From the NCBI GenBank assembly GCA_937899865.1, contig CALBRH010000062.1, forward strand, positions 1-43,026: a stretch of 43,026 nt of DNA. Direction: 5' to 3'. Below the pieces are notes generated by a model. It made no database searches. It was not told the DNA's origin and was given only the letters and a program-made list of their open reading frames with translations. Both the position numbers and the translations under genes were made by a program. Below, piece by piece: positions 33,001 through 37,046 of this stretch (position 1 is the stretch's first letter; every line of letters starts with the position of its first letter). The stretch is from an uncultured euryarchaeote. GTDB lineage: Archaea > Thermoplasmatota > Poseidoniia > Poseidoniales > Poseidoniaceae.

Positions 33001-36000
33001 CTTGGAGCGGTGGCAGCATTACTCCAGCAATGTCGAGTGTTCATGAACCGAGGCCGGACATCTTCATCGATGATAACGACGTGATTTCAATGGTCCATCA
33101 CGACCAAAACAACGGCAATCTGTTCACAAGAGCAGGTTCGACAACCTACGGCTACAGTATTTCTCCAGCCCTACCGAGTGGCCTCACCTTCTCACAATCC
33201 ACCGGTACCATTTCTGGAGTATCCACTGTCCAAATGAACAGAACCATGTTCACCATTACCGCTAACAACAGCGGCGGTTCAAGCACGGCCTACATCAACA
33301 TCACTGTCAATGATCGTATGCCTTCGTTCACTTACAACCCAGAAAACCTCACCCTGACCAACAACACGGTCAGCAGTGATCTACCGCTTGCACCAACCTT
33401 CCACTATTCAGGAGACGTTCCAACAAATTGGGTCTTGATTGGAACATTACCCGCAGGTCTCAACTTTGGCACCAACAACGGAACCATTTGGGGTACGCCA
33501 ACCGAGCTATGGACGACCACAAATTATACCGTATACGGGAACAACACTGGTGGTTCGTTCAACGTAAGCATAAACATCACGGTAGATGATCAAGTGCCGA
33601 TGATTTCCTATTCCCCAGATGCACTAAATCTAACCAATAATACGGTTAGTACTGACTTACCACTCGCCCCAACAGTAACTGGATATGGTACTATCATTTC
33701 TTGGGAATTGAACAATACCAACTTGCCATCAGGAATCTTGTTTGGAAGTAATAATGGTACGTTCTACGGAACACCGACTGAACTTTGGCCAACTACTGCC
33801 TACAAGGTTTGGGCCAACAATAGCGGTGGTTCAGTAGCGGCTTATCTCAACATCACAGTCGTTGATGAGCTTCCAACCTCGATCAACTATCCAGTAATAA
33901 ATCTGAATTTGACTAACAATACGGCAAGTCCAGACTTACCAATGAGTCCACAAATTACCGGCCCAGGCACAATCATCTCATGGGAAATTAGTGATGAATT
34001 GCCAGAAGGATTGACCTTTGACAATAATACCGGTGAGATTTCTGGTATTCCAACCGAGTTGTGGCCAACTACCAATTACACGATTTGGGCCAACAATACC
34101 GGCGGTTCAGTCGAGATCGAGTTCAATATTACCGTAGTAGATCAGTTGCCTGGTACCTTCACCTACAATCCGTCTGACCTGCTATTGACCAATAATACCG
34201 CAAGCACAGACCTACCATTACTGCCACAATTAACCGGGCCGGGTGAAATTACTTCTTGGTCGATAAATGAGACACTGCCACTTGGTCTAAACTTTGGTAA
34301 CAATAATGGTACCGTTTGGGGAATTCCAACCGAATTACAGTTGACGCCTAAACCATTCAACATAACAGCGACAAATTCTGGTGGCTCAATTTACGCAATC
34401 ATCAACATCACAATCCTCGAAGTTGTACCGACTCTGGAATATAATCCAGATGATTACAACTTCACTCGAAATGTCACAATCAGTGATATTGTCCCAACTT
34501 ATACTCCACTTGACCTAATTGATAGTTGGGAAATAAGTCCTGGTGTACCGCTTGGTTTGACCTTTGACAATGGTACAATTAGCGGAACACCGACAGTAAA
34601 TATGACAAGAACAGAATTTACCGTATGGGCTAATAATTCAGGTGGTAGTGCTTCAGCTAAATTCAACATCACAATAGTTGAGCCAACCGGTTCTTTCGCT
34701 TACGTTCCTGCTTACTACAACTTTACTCGCGGACTTGGAATCTCATCAATATCACCAAATTACATTGGTGGCGCAATCGAGAACTGGAGTGTCTATCCAG
34801 ACCTACCGGCTGGTCTAATATTCGAGAATGGAACGATTAGTGGAACTCCAACGGTTAACTCGACCGAAGTCAATTACACCGTCTTTGCCAACAATAGCGG
34901 TGGTTCAGTAACCGCCTTCATCAGTATCACAATCAACGAGCCGGTAGCATCAATTCACTACGCGCCAGATGAGCGCAATGAAACTCGAACCATCAGTATG
35001 ACACCTTGGTTCCCACAGGTAACCGGTGGCGAAGTCGAAACTTGGGAAATATACCCTGATCTGCCAACGGGATTGAGCTTCATTGATGGAGTGATTTCCG
35101 GTGTTGCGACTGTCAACTCAACTAGAACCAACTATACTGTATGGGCTAACAACAGTGGCGGTTCTGCATCAACCAACATTTACCTAACTGTGGTTGAGCC
35201 AGTGGTCGAATTAGCATACAATAATTACGAATTAATCTTGGTGAGAAATGTCACAATGGCTCCACTAATGCCTCAATTAAGCGGTGGAGAAGTTGAAACT
35301 TGGGAGATTTCCCCGGAGTTGCCAGATGGCATCAATTTCACTGATGGTATGATTTGGGGTACTCCGACCGTTAATTCTACTAGAATCATGTATACTGTAT
35401 GGGCTAACAATACAGGTGGCTCAACTAATGTCAGTCTAAACATAACCATTCTTGAGCCAAGTGCTAACATCGTCTACGATCCAAATAACCTGGTTTTGAC
35501 CAGAGGTGAAACAATGGATCCTGCCGTACCAGAGGCCGATGGTGGTGCAATAGAGACATGGGCAATTAGCCCAGATTTACCAGATGGATTGGTATTTGAT
35601 AATGGTACAATTTCCGGTACACCAACAATTAACATGACCACTCAAAACTATCTGATTTATGCTAACAATAGCGGTGGTTCATCATTCACTGCTATCAGTA
35701 TTACAATTTTGGAGCCAGCACCGACAATAACCTACCAGACTGATTCGCTAATCCTAACCAGAGGCGAGGCCATGCCATCCGCTCTACAGGCAATCTTTGG
35801 TGGCGGAGCAGTAGCATCATTCACTGTTGATCCAGAATTACCTGATGGCCTCAACTTCACCAATGGTACAATCTTCGGTACGCCAACAGTTAACTCAACG
35901 TTGGTACAATACAATATCAGTGCAATCAATAATGGTGGTAGTGATTACTTCTTGCTCAACATCACTATCCTTGAGCCGGTTGCAATCTTGAGTGCTGATG

Positions 36001-36977
36001 AGACATACTACGAACTAACTCGTGGTGATGATTACATGAATTTGACACTGAATAATACTGGTGGTATGGCTGCGACTTGGGAAGTCTCTCCAAACTTGCC
36101 GGCAGGGCTAATCTTTGGCAATGGCACAATTACAGGAGTGCCAAGCGTCAATGCTTCGTTGGAATCTTACACGATTTGGGCCAACAATACCGGTGGCTCA
36201 GATAGTATAATTGTCTACATTAAGATCTTTGAGCCAGCAGCTAACATTTCCTATCGCACTACCGACTTCACTTTGATTAATGGTGAAGATACAATATACA
36301 TCTCTCCGGATATTCTTGGTGGCAACCCTGAGACTTGGGAATTCGAGCCTGAACTACCTGCAGGCGTGACTTTCAGCAACGGTGTTATTTCCGGTATGCC
36401 TACAGAGAATTTGACTACTACGACTTATACAGTATGGGCTAATAACAGCGGTGGAACATCCTTTGCGTTCATCAATCTAACCGTCGATCAACCATTCTAT
36501 GTGGTTCGCTACCCAGTAACAATCTTAGTGCTAAATGCAAGTGAAAATATGCCAGTTCTTGCACCAGTATACTATTTCGATGAATCGAGTAAACCAGTTT
36601 GGTCAGTGTCGCCAGAATTACCTGATGGCTTGATCTTTGATAATGGTAATATCTCGGGAATACCAACAGAGCCACAATCATTGACAATGTATAACGTGAC
36701 CGTTACTGGAGATTTGGTGCCATATACATTCATCGTTATGATTGAAATCTTGGATACTTATGTTGAACCGGTAATTGAAGATCAGCGCAATCAAACACAA
36801 ATTGAGGCAGAACCGCCAGAAACTATCTTCCCCGAACCTGAAGAAGAGAATATCGCTTACTGGCTTTGCCCATTATTATTGATTATCTTGTTATGGCTAA
36901 CAGCAATGCTGTATAATGCGAAAAACAGGAATGATGATGTTGAAATTACTGAAGGCCCGGAGAATGAAGACAAGTGA
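12042..36977 (+). CDS. Giant (~8311 aa) type-I membrane-anchored surface protein: right-handed beta-helix head with RCC1-type propeller, ~42 He_PIG-type Ig repeats, nine beta-propeller cassettes (SIAIDSxxxxHI-type and ELWxxDGT-type), C-terminal TM
   Basis: One uninterrupted frame. Signal-like MKIKTSLFIVFLMISMTWSA from ATG 12042; GGQLGLG/CWG RCC1 repeats 13980-15110; recurring ISPxLPxGL...ISGTPT...YTIxANNSGG; ELWKSDGT; TM IAYWLCPLLLIILLWLTAMLY at ~36852-36914 followed by a short charged tail. Confidence 0.93.
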   Translation: MKIKTSLFIVFLMISMTWSAGINEIVSKYEPIDRLSDGTSFEANAGCDTFTRVAGTPIYVDPINGSATWSGTVNCPKNSLSEAVSAAVAGDEIILQSGNYHDNVTVDNLDNLIIRAADGANVVFDGTKSITGDMAATWGTADGSGIQTVTLSEPGWQLFYNYDEQVPARWPNAAFSDGSVFDRDNNWAHGTMSARSIDNTDNDGNGFPDVGCFAGEELYLDGSTWKCVDYGNGVMEDDSTCCGNHSGLVAAGINPVGAIAILNVASFRSYSRTVNTWDSITGTFTYDTVPNWKIKEHAYMLEGKRELIDVDGEWWFDNSNNELHYKTPSGQDANNLDLRVKTQPYAITVTNSDGVTIQGIDFFGTTINVNNCDGCSFTNSTLEYPSTSKRGLGIAGEDVDDRWATRFYRSTNTFVDQISIVYTDGTAIEFHGSAGQSNNNTINNSYFHHIDWSVTDLPGLMVSVFEGGRDFTFSNSTVSLTGASATLSLGDAPQVWYNEVWGTGYLQSDGAVVQMMQEEQSDANIAYNWIHDTDKYGIRMDGPIGGSNNGRNATVHHNVLWNVSGALMVKGDYHEATNNTVFGSDGGKNHIIVLYENGAGNENSVIWNNAADSIAAHRANDIWNNPLQDDTFGMNWNGYTNGYDESIQARNQHSCAVYENGSLYCWGRNNYGQLGLGLISNQELTPQFVDVGAGKTIAMMESSGSGNQASGILTHTCAVLNDGQLLCWGNNDDGQLGIGNTTAGGVWVPTAVDLGSGRKAISIALSNGASCALLDDQSVKCWGKNNKGQLGLGNTSSNDVLTPHLVTFTGTSKPVKLFGALTAFCALMDNGSVACWGGNNEGQLGLGDLIDRNTPTYLTLPADRQVTSMDIGKNFICMSFDDGTVGCTGDNNMGQLGIGNLPDELTLTLTQDLGDYALSVDTSQHGACSLLVNGSMICWGYTVDDVFGVGYTGTFTQSSVPSLFPLIDSARNVATASVGYTHTCTILDDQSVSCWGNNVRGQLGLGNFSSDSVHDPDTLTSLDPLRKGTVEQQLVDPDNRDFRPKWGSQLHVLGAGAYDADDSSTWVPGIDWTYVALSSPTVGCTHEGALNYDSSAEFEDGSCYYITITPSTTSAELSATTPMTPITISATTSYVTNTSSQPFYHAINDVHQDADIAIDSNGNSHICYRTADNGGNLFYMTDVTGSWAWEGVHASSANLGLECSIAIDSNDVIHIVYHQVNNMNIKYATRAISPDGSISGDSTWTKSNIVTLPEVGSYISMDIAEDDTLYMSYFQGPPEGQDLLWSKKAPGGSWVNKGAIDTSGNTGRYNSIVYDELNSAVHVSYKRGDTNNLRHAVNEGSNTWVKQNVDVSQSTNGDTSIAIDSNGYVHIAYSNNGGSKVLYSTNAAGSGFVTTVVDQGADAHSGLSMRLDKNDKAHIAYYNGNGGTLNYSSNAQGPWISQILDGQSSNVGKGVELELDTNGDLFLTYLNDDNDQRKVGKFRSLANTETYEIHPDLPSGLSFGANNGTIWGTPTEGFAAIDYTIYANTTTQSATTSVQLMSMWQVEPSVAGVEITQDDTITPITFNWTGWSSSVQNSSSAAYTAGQSGYYNSIVTDTNNKVHIVSYRAGSKEDLRYTTNESGSWVTTTIDSDMRVGQYCSIAIDSSDGLHVSYHRNEGNDLKYAYKASGSNSWSKETIDSSGGRYTSIAIDSNDNPHISYRESGGHLTHATCSNNCLSATSWSFSPIITGVNVEWNSIAIDSSDHIHVAMYDATSDYLHYATDTSGSWVGSNLKNISNAGGMALDIAVSPITDEPGISYLNAHTDDLEYKVYDGSSWSTEVVHSSGSVGRYNSLAYDSQGSAHISYEMNGAAFDDLWYATDATGSWLIEGIYVHPTDRTGLDTAITVDANDDIHIAHRNTVNSGNLYHQTVQGYISGSSTRSALSGATCTFSPSLPTGLNVEDGTCTISGAPTIPQVNTTHTITATSSTGLSYTGQFYLNVLAQTPVISYSGSPFTYTKDVAISTLTPTNTGGAATSWSISPTEPTGLTFDISTGELTGTPTILQTTPVTYTISATNTGGTDSTTISISVVDALPSISYSTTTFDLIVGEAMTPITPSNSGGTATSWSISPTEPAGLNFDTATGELSGTPTVESASQAYTVTATNSGGTDTATLTIEVQVFATLTSSVDGISNVPNSAITPITFTHTINGDTSSPAWTTGVSASSSQVIAGSFTKGNDIAQGPNGAMAIVGYESISKDMKLAYYYDGSWTTSVIQNSVTDLKYPSVGIDSNGVVHIVYLDMANDVLRYATNYSGTWQVIDLHATLGNDDDVGKGWIAGTDLAVDSIDNLHIVYSTKNSANTMYTINYTTNQGGSWSSTMISDVTKNAFDPAIALDSNDKAHVSYFRETGNNLVYATNEGGSWTREEVAITLNQGKYSSITVDYNDVVHISFIKDDGNNDVKLASGNSGSWSVSQIQGNPGTGGTDGAFYTSIAADSNGDLHIVYAKDNWNYNYILEYMTNSSGSWNKLTLSSDGGTFCSISIDSNDDIHIVHGDVAINTELEYATASGSGKGVKQHTTWQISPALPDGLHMNWRNGTISGTPTSIYSNTTHTVYANISGNSVSTIIYLEFQIEAPDISYTQNDLTLTKGTAMGAVSPTNNGGAADSWAISPSFSNGLNFDSSTGEITGTPNTLQTRTEYTITATNSGGTSTAYVNITINDVVPAINYNPDQFELTNGTSSLSASPSNSGGPVITWWISPSLSNGLNFDNSNGVISGTPTELRPTTMYTITATNSGGSSVAYVNITVTDSAPSISYTPNVFDLTINAAMSPTATPNNIGGAIPTRIIDNPTTQQQNSIAIDSQGYRHVAYKKANDLYYATDKTGVWVDTLVDTTLTVGHFADIAIDSNDNVHISYYGQSITGLKYATDESGSWVVTVIDDTADVGFETSIGIDSSDKIHISYYDETSEDLKYASCSSTCSSASSWVLSTLYATGDTGKQSELMIDSSDNIHIAFYDRGIEGLMYATDQSGAWVITVVDNTGGASGTTGGQPSIAMDSTGTIHIVHRDVDALGIRHSTCSSTCSSSSSWSNSALESAGNVGQQSSMVIDSQDHLHVTYYDNGNSALRYATNTSGSWVFTNLDTEGSVGLFSSIALDTDDNIHILYSDLTTPALKIATLSDDGMFGYSISPDLPSGLSIDAVTGEISGTPTVLSASTVYTITAINSGGTTTTTITLAVNDVPPSISYPFPSYIFTKGQMISTIHATATGGEATSWEASDLPAGLSIDAVDGYIWGTPTSITPTTTYTIWANNSGGSASTTITMTVNDVVPGTFSYSPVDMDLTLNQAMTPNTVSPGGGAVTSWEIEPDVPNGLNFGSNNGTIWGTPMVLQISPITYTIWANNTGGSSSTTVTITIIDAAPGPFEYIPENNTITNNSLVHLAPYFIDATSGNGSTWQVATQNNPGVNFELVVNDIIYFDANQNKRLYAFNPVNNTVWQVNSSLTGVGQYMAYAIDDVLYFSAFGAGLGNEFWAYNTTNNTAWQVADINPGTGSSNSGNWLNELSGELIFFRANTGSAWKLHVFNASNQTVWEVSHSFSQQFGYSGSSKLLSKAIGDTLYFAAKDSSSPHYEPFAYTVSNNTVWMIADIYSGSASYGTEAGHNLAGVVNDILLFDAWDGSGGARTLWAHDPSNGTTWEISSSDSTRSDGFISANNCGHDGNNRLRVFVYGDTGYFCAGGSGDGDELWAYNTSNTTAWLVADINPAGDSNPGRYMFERIGDTLYFSATNGSTQGTGLWAHDTSNSSTWLVAELVSPGQRSSLVVGDTVYFSADGGSGTEPWAYDTSNQSTYLLKDIYTGNFMHCGGFCSSNPGLHLDFTLVGDVIYFDASDGTSLSLWGHRPSVINYQTNTGGDVTSWAINASLPNGLNFDSNTGVISGTPTQLISQTAYKVWANNSGGSSVGYFNLTVIDDAPGTFSYSPVDMDLTLNQAMTPNIVSPGGGAVTSWEIEPDVPTGLNFGSSNGTIWGTPTVLQTSPITYTIWANNSGGSSSTTVTITINDEIPSFYYSPDEFTFTKGVTISSTILPTNTGGTPTSYTISPNLFNIFHFNIVSGMIGGTPSTTLTRTQFTITATNSGGSSVAYINVTINDAPPGTFSYSPVDMDLTLNQAMTPNTVSPGGGAVTSWEIEPDVPNGLNFGSSNGTIWGTPTVLQTSPISYTIWANNSGGSASTTVTITIIDIAASISYSLDEIVATLGVPISPHSNPTNTGGAVVTWEISPDPGPHFHFNSANGVISGTPGALLTRSQYTIYANNSGGTSIAYVNVTINDAAPSFYYGVIDDGSQHFVRFAVNATISPVIPNHRAGGGMPTSCTTSPSLPTGLSISSSCVITGTPTVLSSFAWYTVSASNSGGTTSFPTINKLYIGVFADGGTLTVTPTATEGSVNSSISDITMSYTHQTSNYGWSSGVTNGSSFLTTDFQNGGGSHWLGIDSGEQGEMAVVYAHNDTGATTHSLGLMYRWNGVWTEYLLDSDTDTGQHPSVAIDRQGALHIAYIDTHNDKLRYATNATGTWAFTTLGDAIHNSVGRGTAIVVHPITDSVHIVTTNYANSNHHLQYHTNEDGTWFNETITDTTKDEGYYPSMVVDGDGNLYVAHHCDSGCQDLRLSSRINGVWQIETVAGVANLYGMSAVDYDIGNTAEMTIDSQGTLHIVSQSSTKRIYLHSGTPGSWFEDRNATTECCGHWPAVAVDSNDAVHIAYHIGSNKNLKYLTNASGSWSSPKVIDGYGGWGSVMEVDANDDIFIVNNAPNNNAIKLTTVKGSGQGLTAIPMFDISPPLPDGLTMNWRTGTISGTPTEVHVNTTHTVTVTALGLTTTATFTLYISGAPGSIAYADIIGTHHSPITPQVPTFTNTSTSGDITSWESDPMLPTGLNIGSANGTIWGTPSVIIAGGVYVIWANNSVGSSSTTVNITINAQVPGSFTYNPIDMDLTLNQAMTPNTVSPGGGAVTSWEIEPDVPTGLNFGSSNGTIWGTPTVLQTSPITYTIWANNSGGSSSTTVTITINDEIPTLSYPSSPYTIVRGYDMTDITPVVGGGTVLTWEISPSLPNGLSFTNGVISGKPFANRSTQTYTVYANNSGGSASATFDLTINEPTPNIDYNPDNYTLSNNTAIRIDPILQANPPSAVAAITYSGTAASNACLIQMGDLIFYQGTDSTHGRELWAFNHTLPVSVNNPYMVKDVYSGANDGISGDCEDMLVVNNTLFFRGNDGSNGVELWKSDGTSSGTVMVKDLNSGSGSSNPSDFTSANDKLFFTTGLGSYQFRRWVSDGTNAGTYDVGSWTSNFNAIFYPEIEYNGSIYGQGWDGHRVLFSLNETTYERVADLGGGHNNPRALTIYDGWLYFLTYDTAAGTGCLYRTNGTEAGTSMFICGTPQHHPMGANGMNEFEMQVFNDELYFIRDSGSGHGDELWKTDGTQSGTVMVKDIVPGTSSGFCSNPLSSCQGGSRLYATENYLLFDVDSDGDGQLELWKTDGTSGGTSLLKEIFLPGANEIYYHQVDEIIYFRASQHSSYQDSELWSTDGTPAGTVRVEDIWEGSSGSAPRDIIDVDGTLYFIAYNGSSYSLFNVNNAGNGIIGAPTTWSISPPTLPSGLTFNNGVISGTPTVLQLTPIMYTITASNANGSSSTTINLTIIDAAPGTFAYNPVDMDLTLNQAMTPNTVSPSGGAVTSWEISPDLPAGLNFESSNGTIWGTPTILQIDPVMYTIWANNSGGSVEVNVNITINDEAPDIEYNPDWFVVDKGVWLPGGQLNPPLSAIPTNSGGDIPAEYIHTSSMSPTPGQYNSIAIDSNGFRHVAYYSGYTTGYTLTYATDMSGTWTREVVDSSALYIGQHTSIAIDSNDKVHISYFDDTNTDLKYATNAGGAWATVSVDTSSVGKYTSIAVDSNDVVHISYYDTSFRDLKYATCSAVCSQASSWTTLTIDSTGIVGHTSSIAIDSSDTIHISYRASQLGNIKYATCSSSCSTVSSWTTTTIDNSGEATDPSIVVDSNDDVHIAYRIYNSSTSYLMHTTCSLSCSSAASWTSTVVTSATGYYSYISIAVDSNDGVHISHAKQKTGIYSGRSLDYATCSSSCSSTSSWTNIIVDDPPSGVTYTSIAVDSNDRVHIVYHQSGVGHGLRHITLDASSDVYGYTISPDLPAGLKFDVFTGEISGTALEISANTTYTITARNSGGFDTTTVTIEVVDQLPTVAYSPDDLQLTNNTASGDLPLTPSLTGFGAITSWELNNTNLPSGILFASNNGTFYGTPTELWPTTAYKVWANNTGGSTVAYLNITVVDQLPTDITYPVINLNLTNNTASPDLPLTPQITGPGDILTWEISDDLPQGLTFDSNTGEISGIPTELWPTTNYTVWANNTGGAVEIEFNITVVDEIPTLAYSPDDLDLTNNTASPDLPLQPQLTGPGEILTWELNNTNLPAGILFGSNNGTFYGTPTELWPTTAYKVWANNTGGSVAAYLNITVVDQVPTDFTYSPDDLQLTNNTVSVDLPLAPQLTGPGEILTWELNNTNLPAGILFGSNNGTFYGTPTELWPTTAYKVWANNTGGTVEAYLNITVVDEVPSLSYLPENLTLTKNQASNDLPLTPTLTGSGAITSWAISPALPSGLTFGTSNGTIWGIATVLQTSPVTYTVWANNSGGSDNTSINITIIDQAPDISYSPDELNLTKYQSSSDLPLSPTNTGGNTQTTALCSSSGTPNLFVVSDHEGTRHVLCGTTLYSTDLGGTQTVSNNIVTGIAFGLEIDDDGHLHIGHTINNYPYVYIHHATNKNGSWQSSNVFNFSYGGGVSYSMQGFSMAVGSDDSIHFTYIRTTGGGNTPNLYHLSNQSGSWSSVLLTNQNKPAEPSLTLNNDNVPHVAFNVGNSFSIGKYESGSYTTLLSRSNYLEPEIAIDAQGDVHVVYTKSTIGLYYSTNASGSWQHTTLETTERHFDVRIALDNNDYPHVMSASITGQFNSYRHVNYYSHDGSSWSGGSITPAMSSVHEPRPDIFIDDNDVISMVHHDQNNGNLFTRAGSTTYGYSISPALPSGLTFSQSTGTISGVSTVQMNRTMFTITANNSGGSSTAYINITVNDRMPSFTYNPENLTLTNNTVSSDLPLAPTFHYSGDVPTNWVLIGTLPAGLNFGTNNGTIWGTPTELWTTTNYTVYGNNTGGSFNVSINITVDDQVPMISYSPDALNLTNNTVSTDLPLAPTVTGYGTIISWELNNTNLPSGILFGSNNGTFYGTPTELWPTTAYKVWANNSGGSVAAYLNITVVDELPTSINYPVINLNLTNNTASPDLPMSPQITGPGTIISWEISDELPEGLTFDNNTGEISGIPTELWPTTNYTIWANNTGGSVEIEFNITVVDQLPGTFTYNPSDLLLTNNTASTDLPLLPQLTGPGEITSWSINETLPLGLNFGNNNGTVWGIPTELQLTPKPFNITATNSGGSIYAIINITILEVVPTLEYNPDDYNFTRNVTISDIVPTYTPLDLIDSWEISPGVPLGLTFDNGTISGTPTVNMTRTEFTVWANNSGGSASAKFNITIVEPTGSFAYVPAYYNFTRGLGISSISPNYIGGAIENWSVYPDLPAGLIFENGTISGTPTVNSTEVNYTVFANNSGGSVTAFISITINEPVASIHYAPDERNETRTISMTPWFPQVTGGEVETWEIYPDLPTGLSFIDGVISGVATVNSTRTNYTVWANNSGGSASTNIYLTVVEPVVELAYNNYELILVRNVTMAPLMPQLSGGEVETWEISPELPDGINFTDGMIWGTPTVNSTRIMYTVWANNTGGSTNVSLNITILEPSANIVYDPNNLVLTRGETMDPAVPEADGGAIETWAISPDLPDGLVFDNGTISGTPTINMTTQNYLIYANNSGGSSFTAISITILEPAPTITYQTDSLILTRGEAMPSALQAIFGGGAVASFTVDPELPDGLNFTNGTIFGTPTVNSTLVQYNISAINNGGSDYFLLNITILEPVAILSADETYYELTRGDDYMNLTLNNTGGMAATWEVSPNLPAGLIFGNGTITGVPSVNASLESYTIWANNTGGSDSIIVYIKIFEPAANISYRTTDFTLINGEDTIYISPDILGGNPETWEFEPELPAGVTFSNGVISGMPTENLTTTTYTVWANNSGGTSFAFINLTVDQPFYVVRYPVTILVLNASENMPVLAPVYYFDESSKPVWSVSPELPDGLIFDNGNISGIPTEPQSLTMYNVTVTGDLVPYTFIVMIEILDTYVEPVIEDQRNQTQIEAEPPETIFPEPEEENIAYWLCPLLLIILLWLTAMLYNAKNRNDDVEITEGPENEDK
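21993..22235 (+). repeat. Ig repeat family A, copy 1 (MDLTLNQAMTP...)
   Basis: Near-identical in protein to copies starting at 23916, 24453, 26919 and 29067. Confidence 0.9.
23916..24158 (+). repeat. Ig repeat family A, copy 2
   Basis: 80/81 aa identical to the copy at 26919. Confidence 0.92.
24453..24695 (+). repeat. Ig repeat family A, copy 3
   Basis: Same MDLTLNQAMTPNTVSPGGGAVTSWEIEPDVP sequence. Confidence 0.9.
26919..27161 (+). repeat. Ig repeat family A, copy 4
   Basis: 80/81 aa identical to the copy at 23916. Confidence 0.92.
29067..29309 (+). repeat. Ig repeat family A, copy 5 (more diverged 3' half)
   Basis: MDLTLNQAMTPNTVSPSGGAVTSWEISPDLP. Confidence 0.85.
30680..31785 (+). repeat. 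Ig repeat family B, block 1 (four LTNNTxSxDLPL repeats)
   Basis: WELNNTNLP at 30786, 31338, 31617; YPVINLNL at 30972. Block ends approximate. Confidence 0.85.
33325..34420 (+). repeat. Ig repeat family B, block 2 (four LTNNTxSxDLP repeats)
   Basis: WELNNTNLP at 33702; YPVINLNL at 33888. Block ends approximate. Confidence 0.82.
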
Positions 36978-37046
36978 TTAGAGGAACATTTGACCGAAAA
37001 TGATACACCCTACATATTCATAGGATAGATTAGAGGAGAGGAAAAT

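Noticed and set aside
12524-36687. Many 60-120 aa ORFs nested in the giant gene
   Set aside because: Off-frame or antisense shadows; several recur simply because the underlying Ig repeats recur.
12042-36977. CRISPR array or non-coding tandem repeats
   Set aside because: All repeats are in-frame ~270-nt protein domains with codon-level divergence; no short identical repeats with unique spacers and no cas genes.
36780-36977. PGF-CTERM / archaeosortase sorting signal on the giant protein
   Set aside because: No PGF-like tripeptide before the TM; the tail is long and acidic, so a plain TM anchor is more likely.
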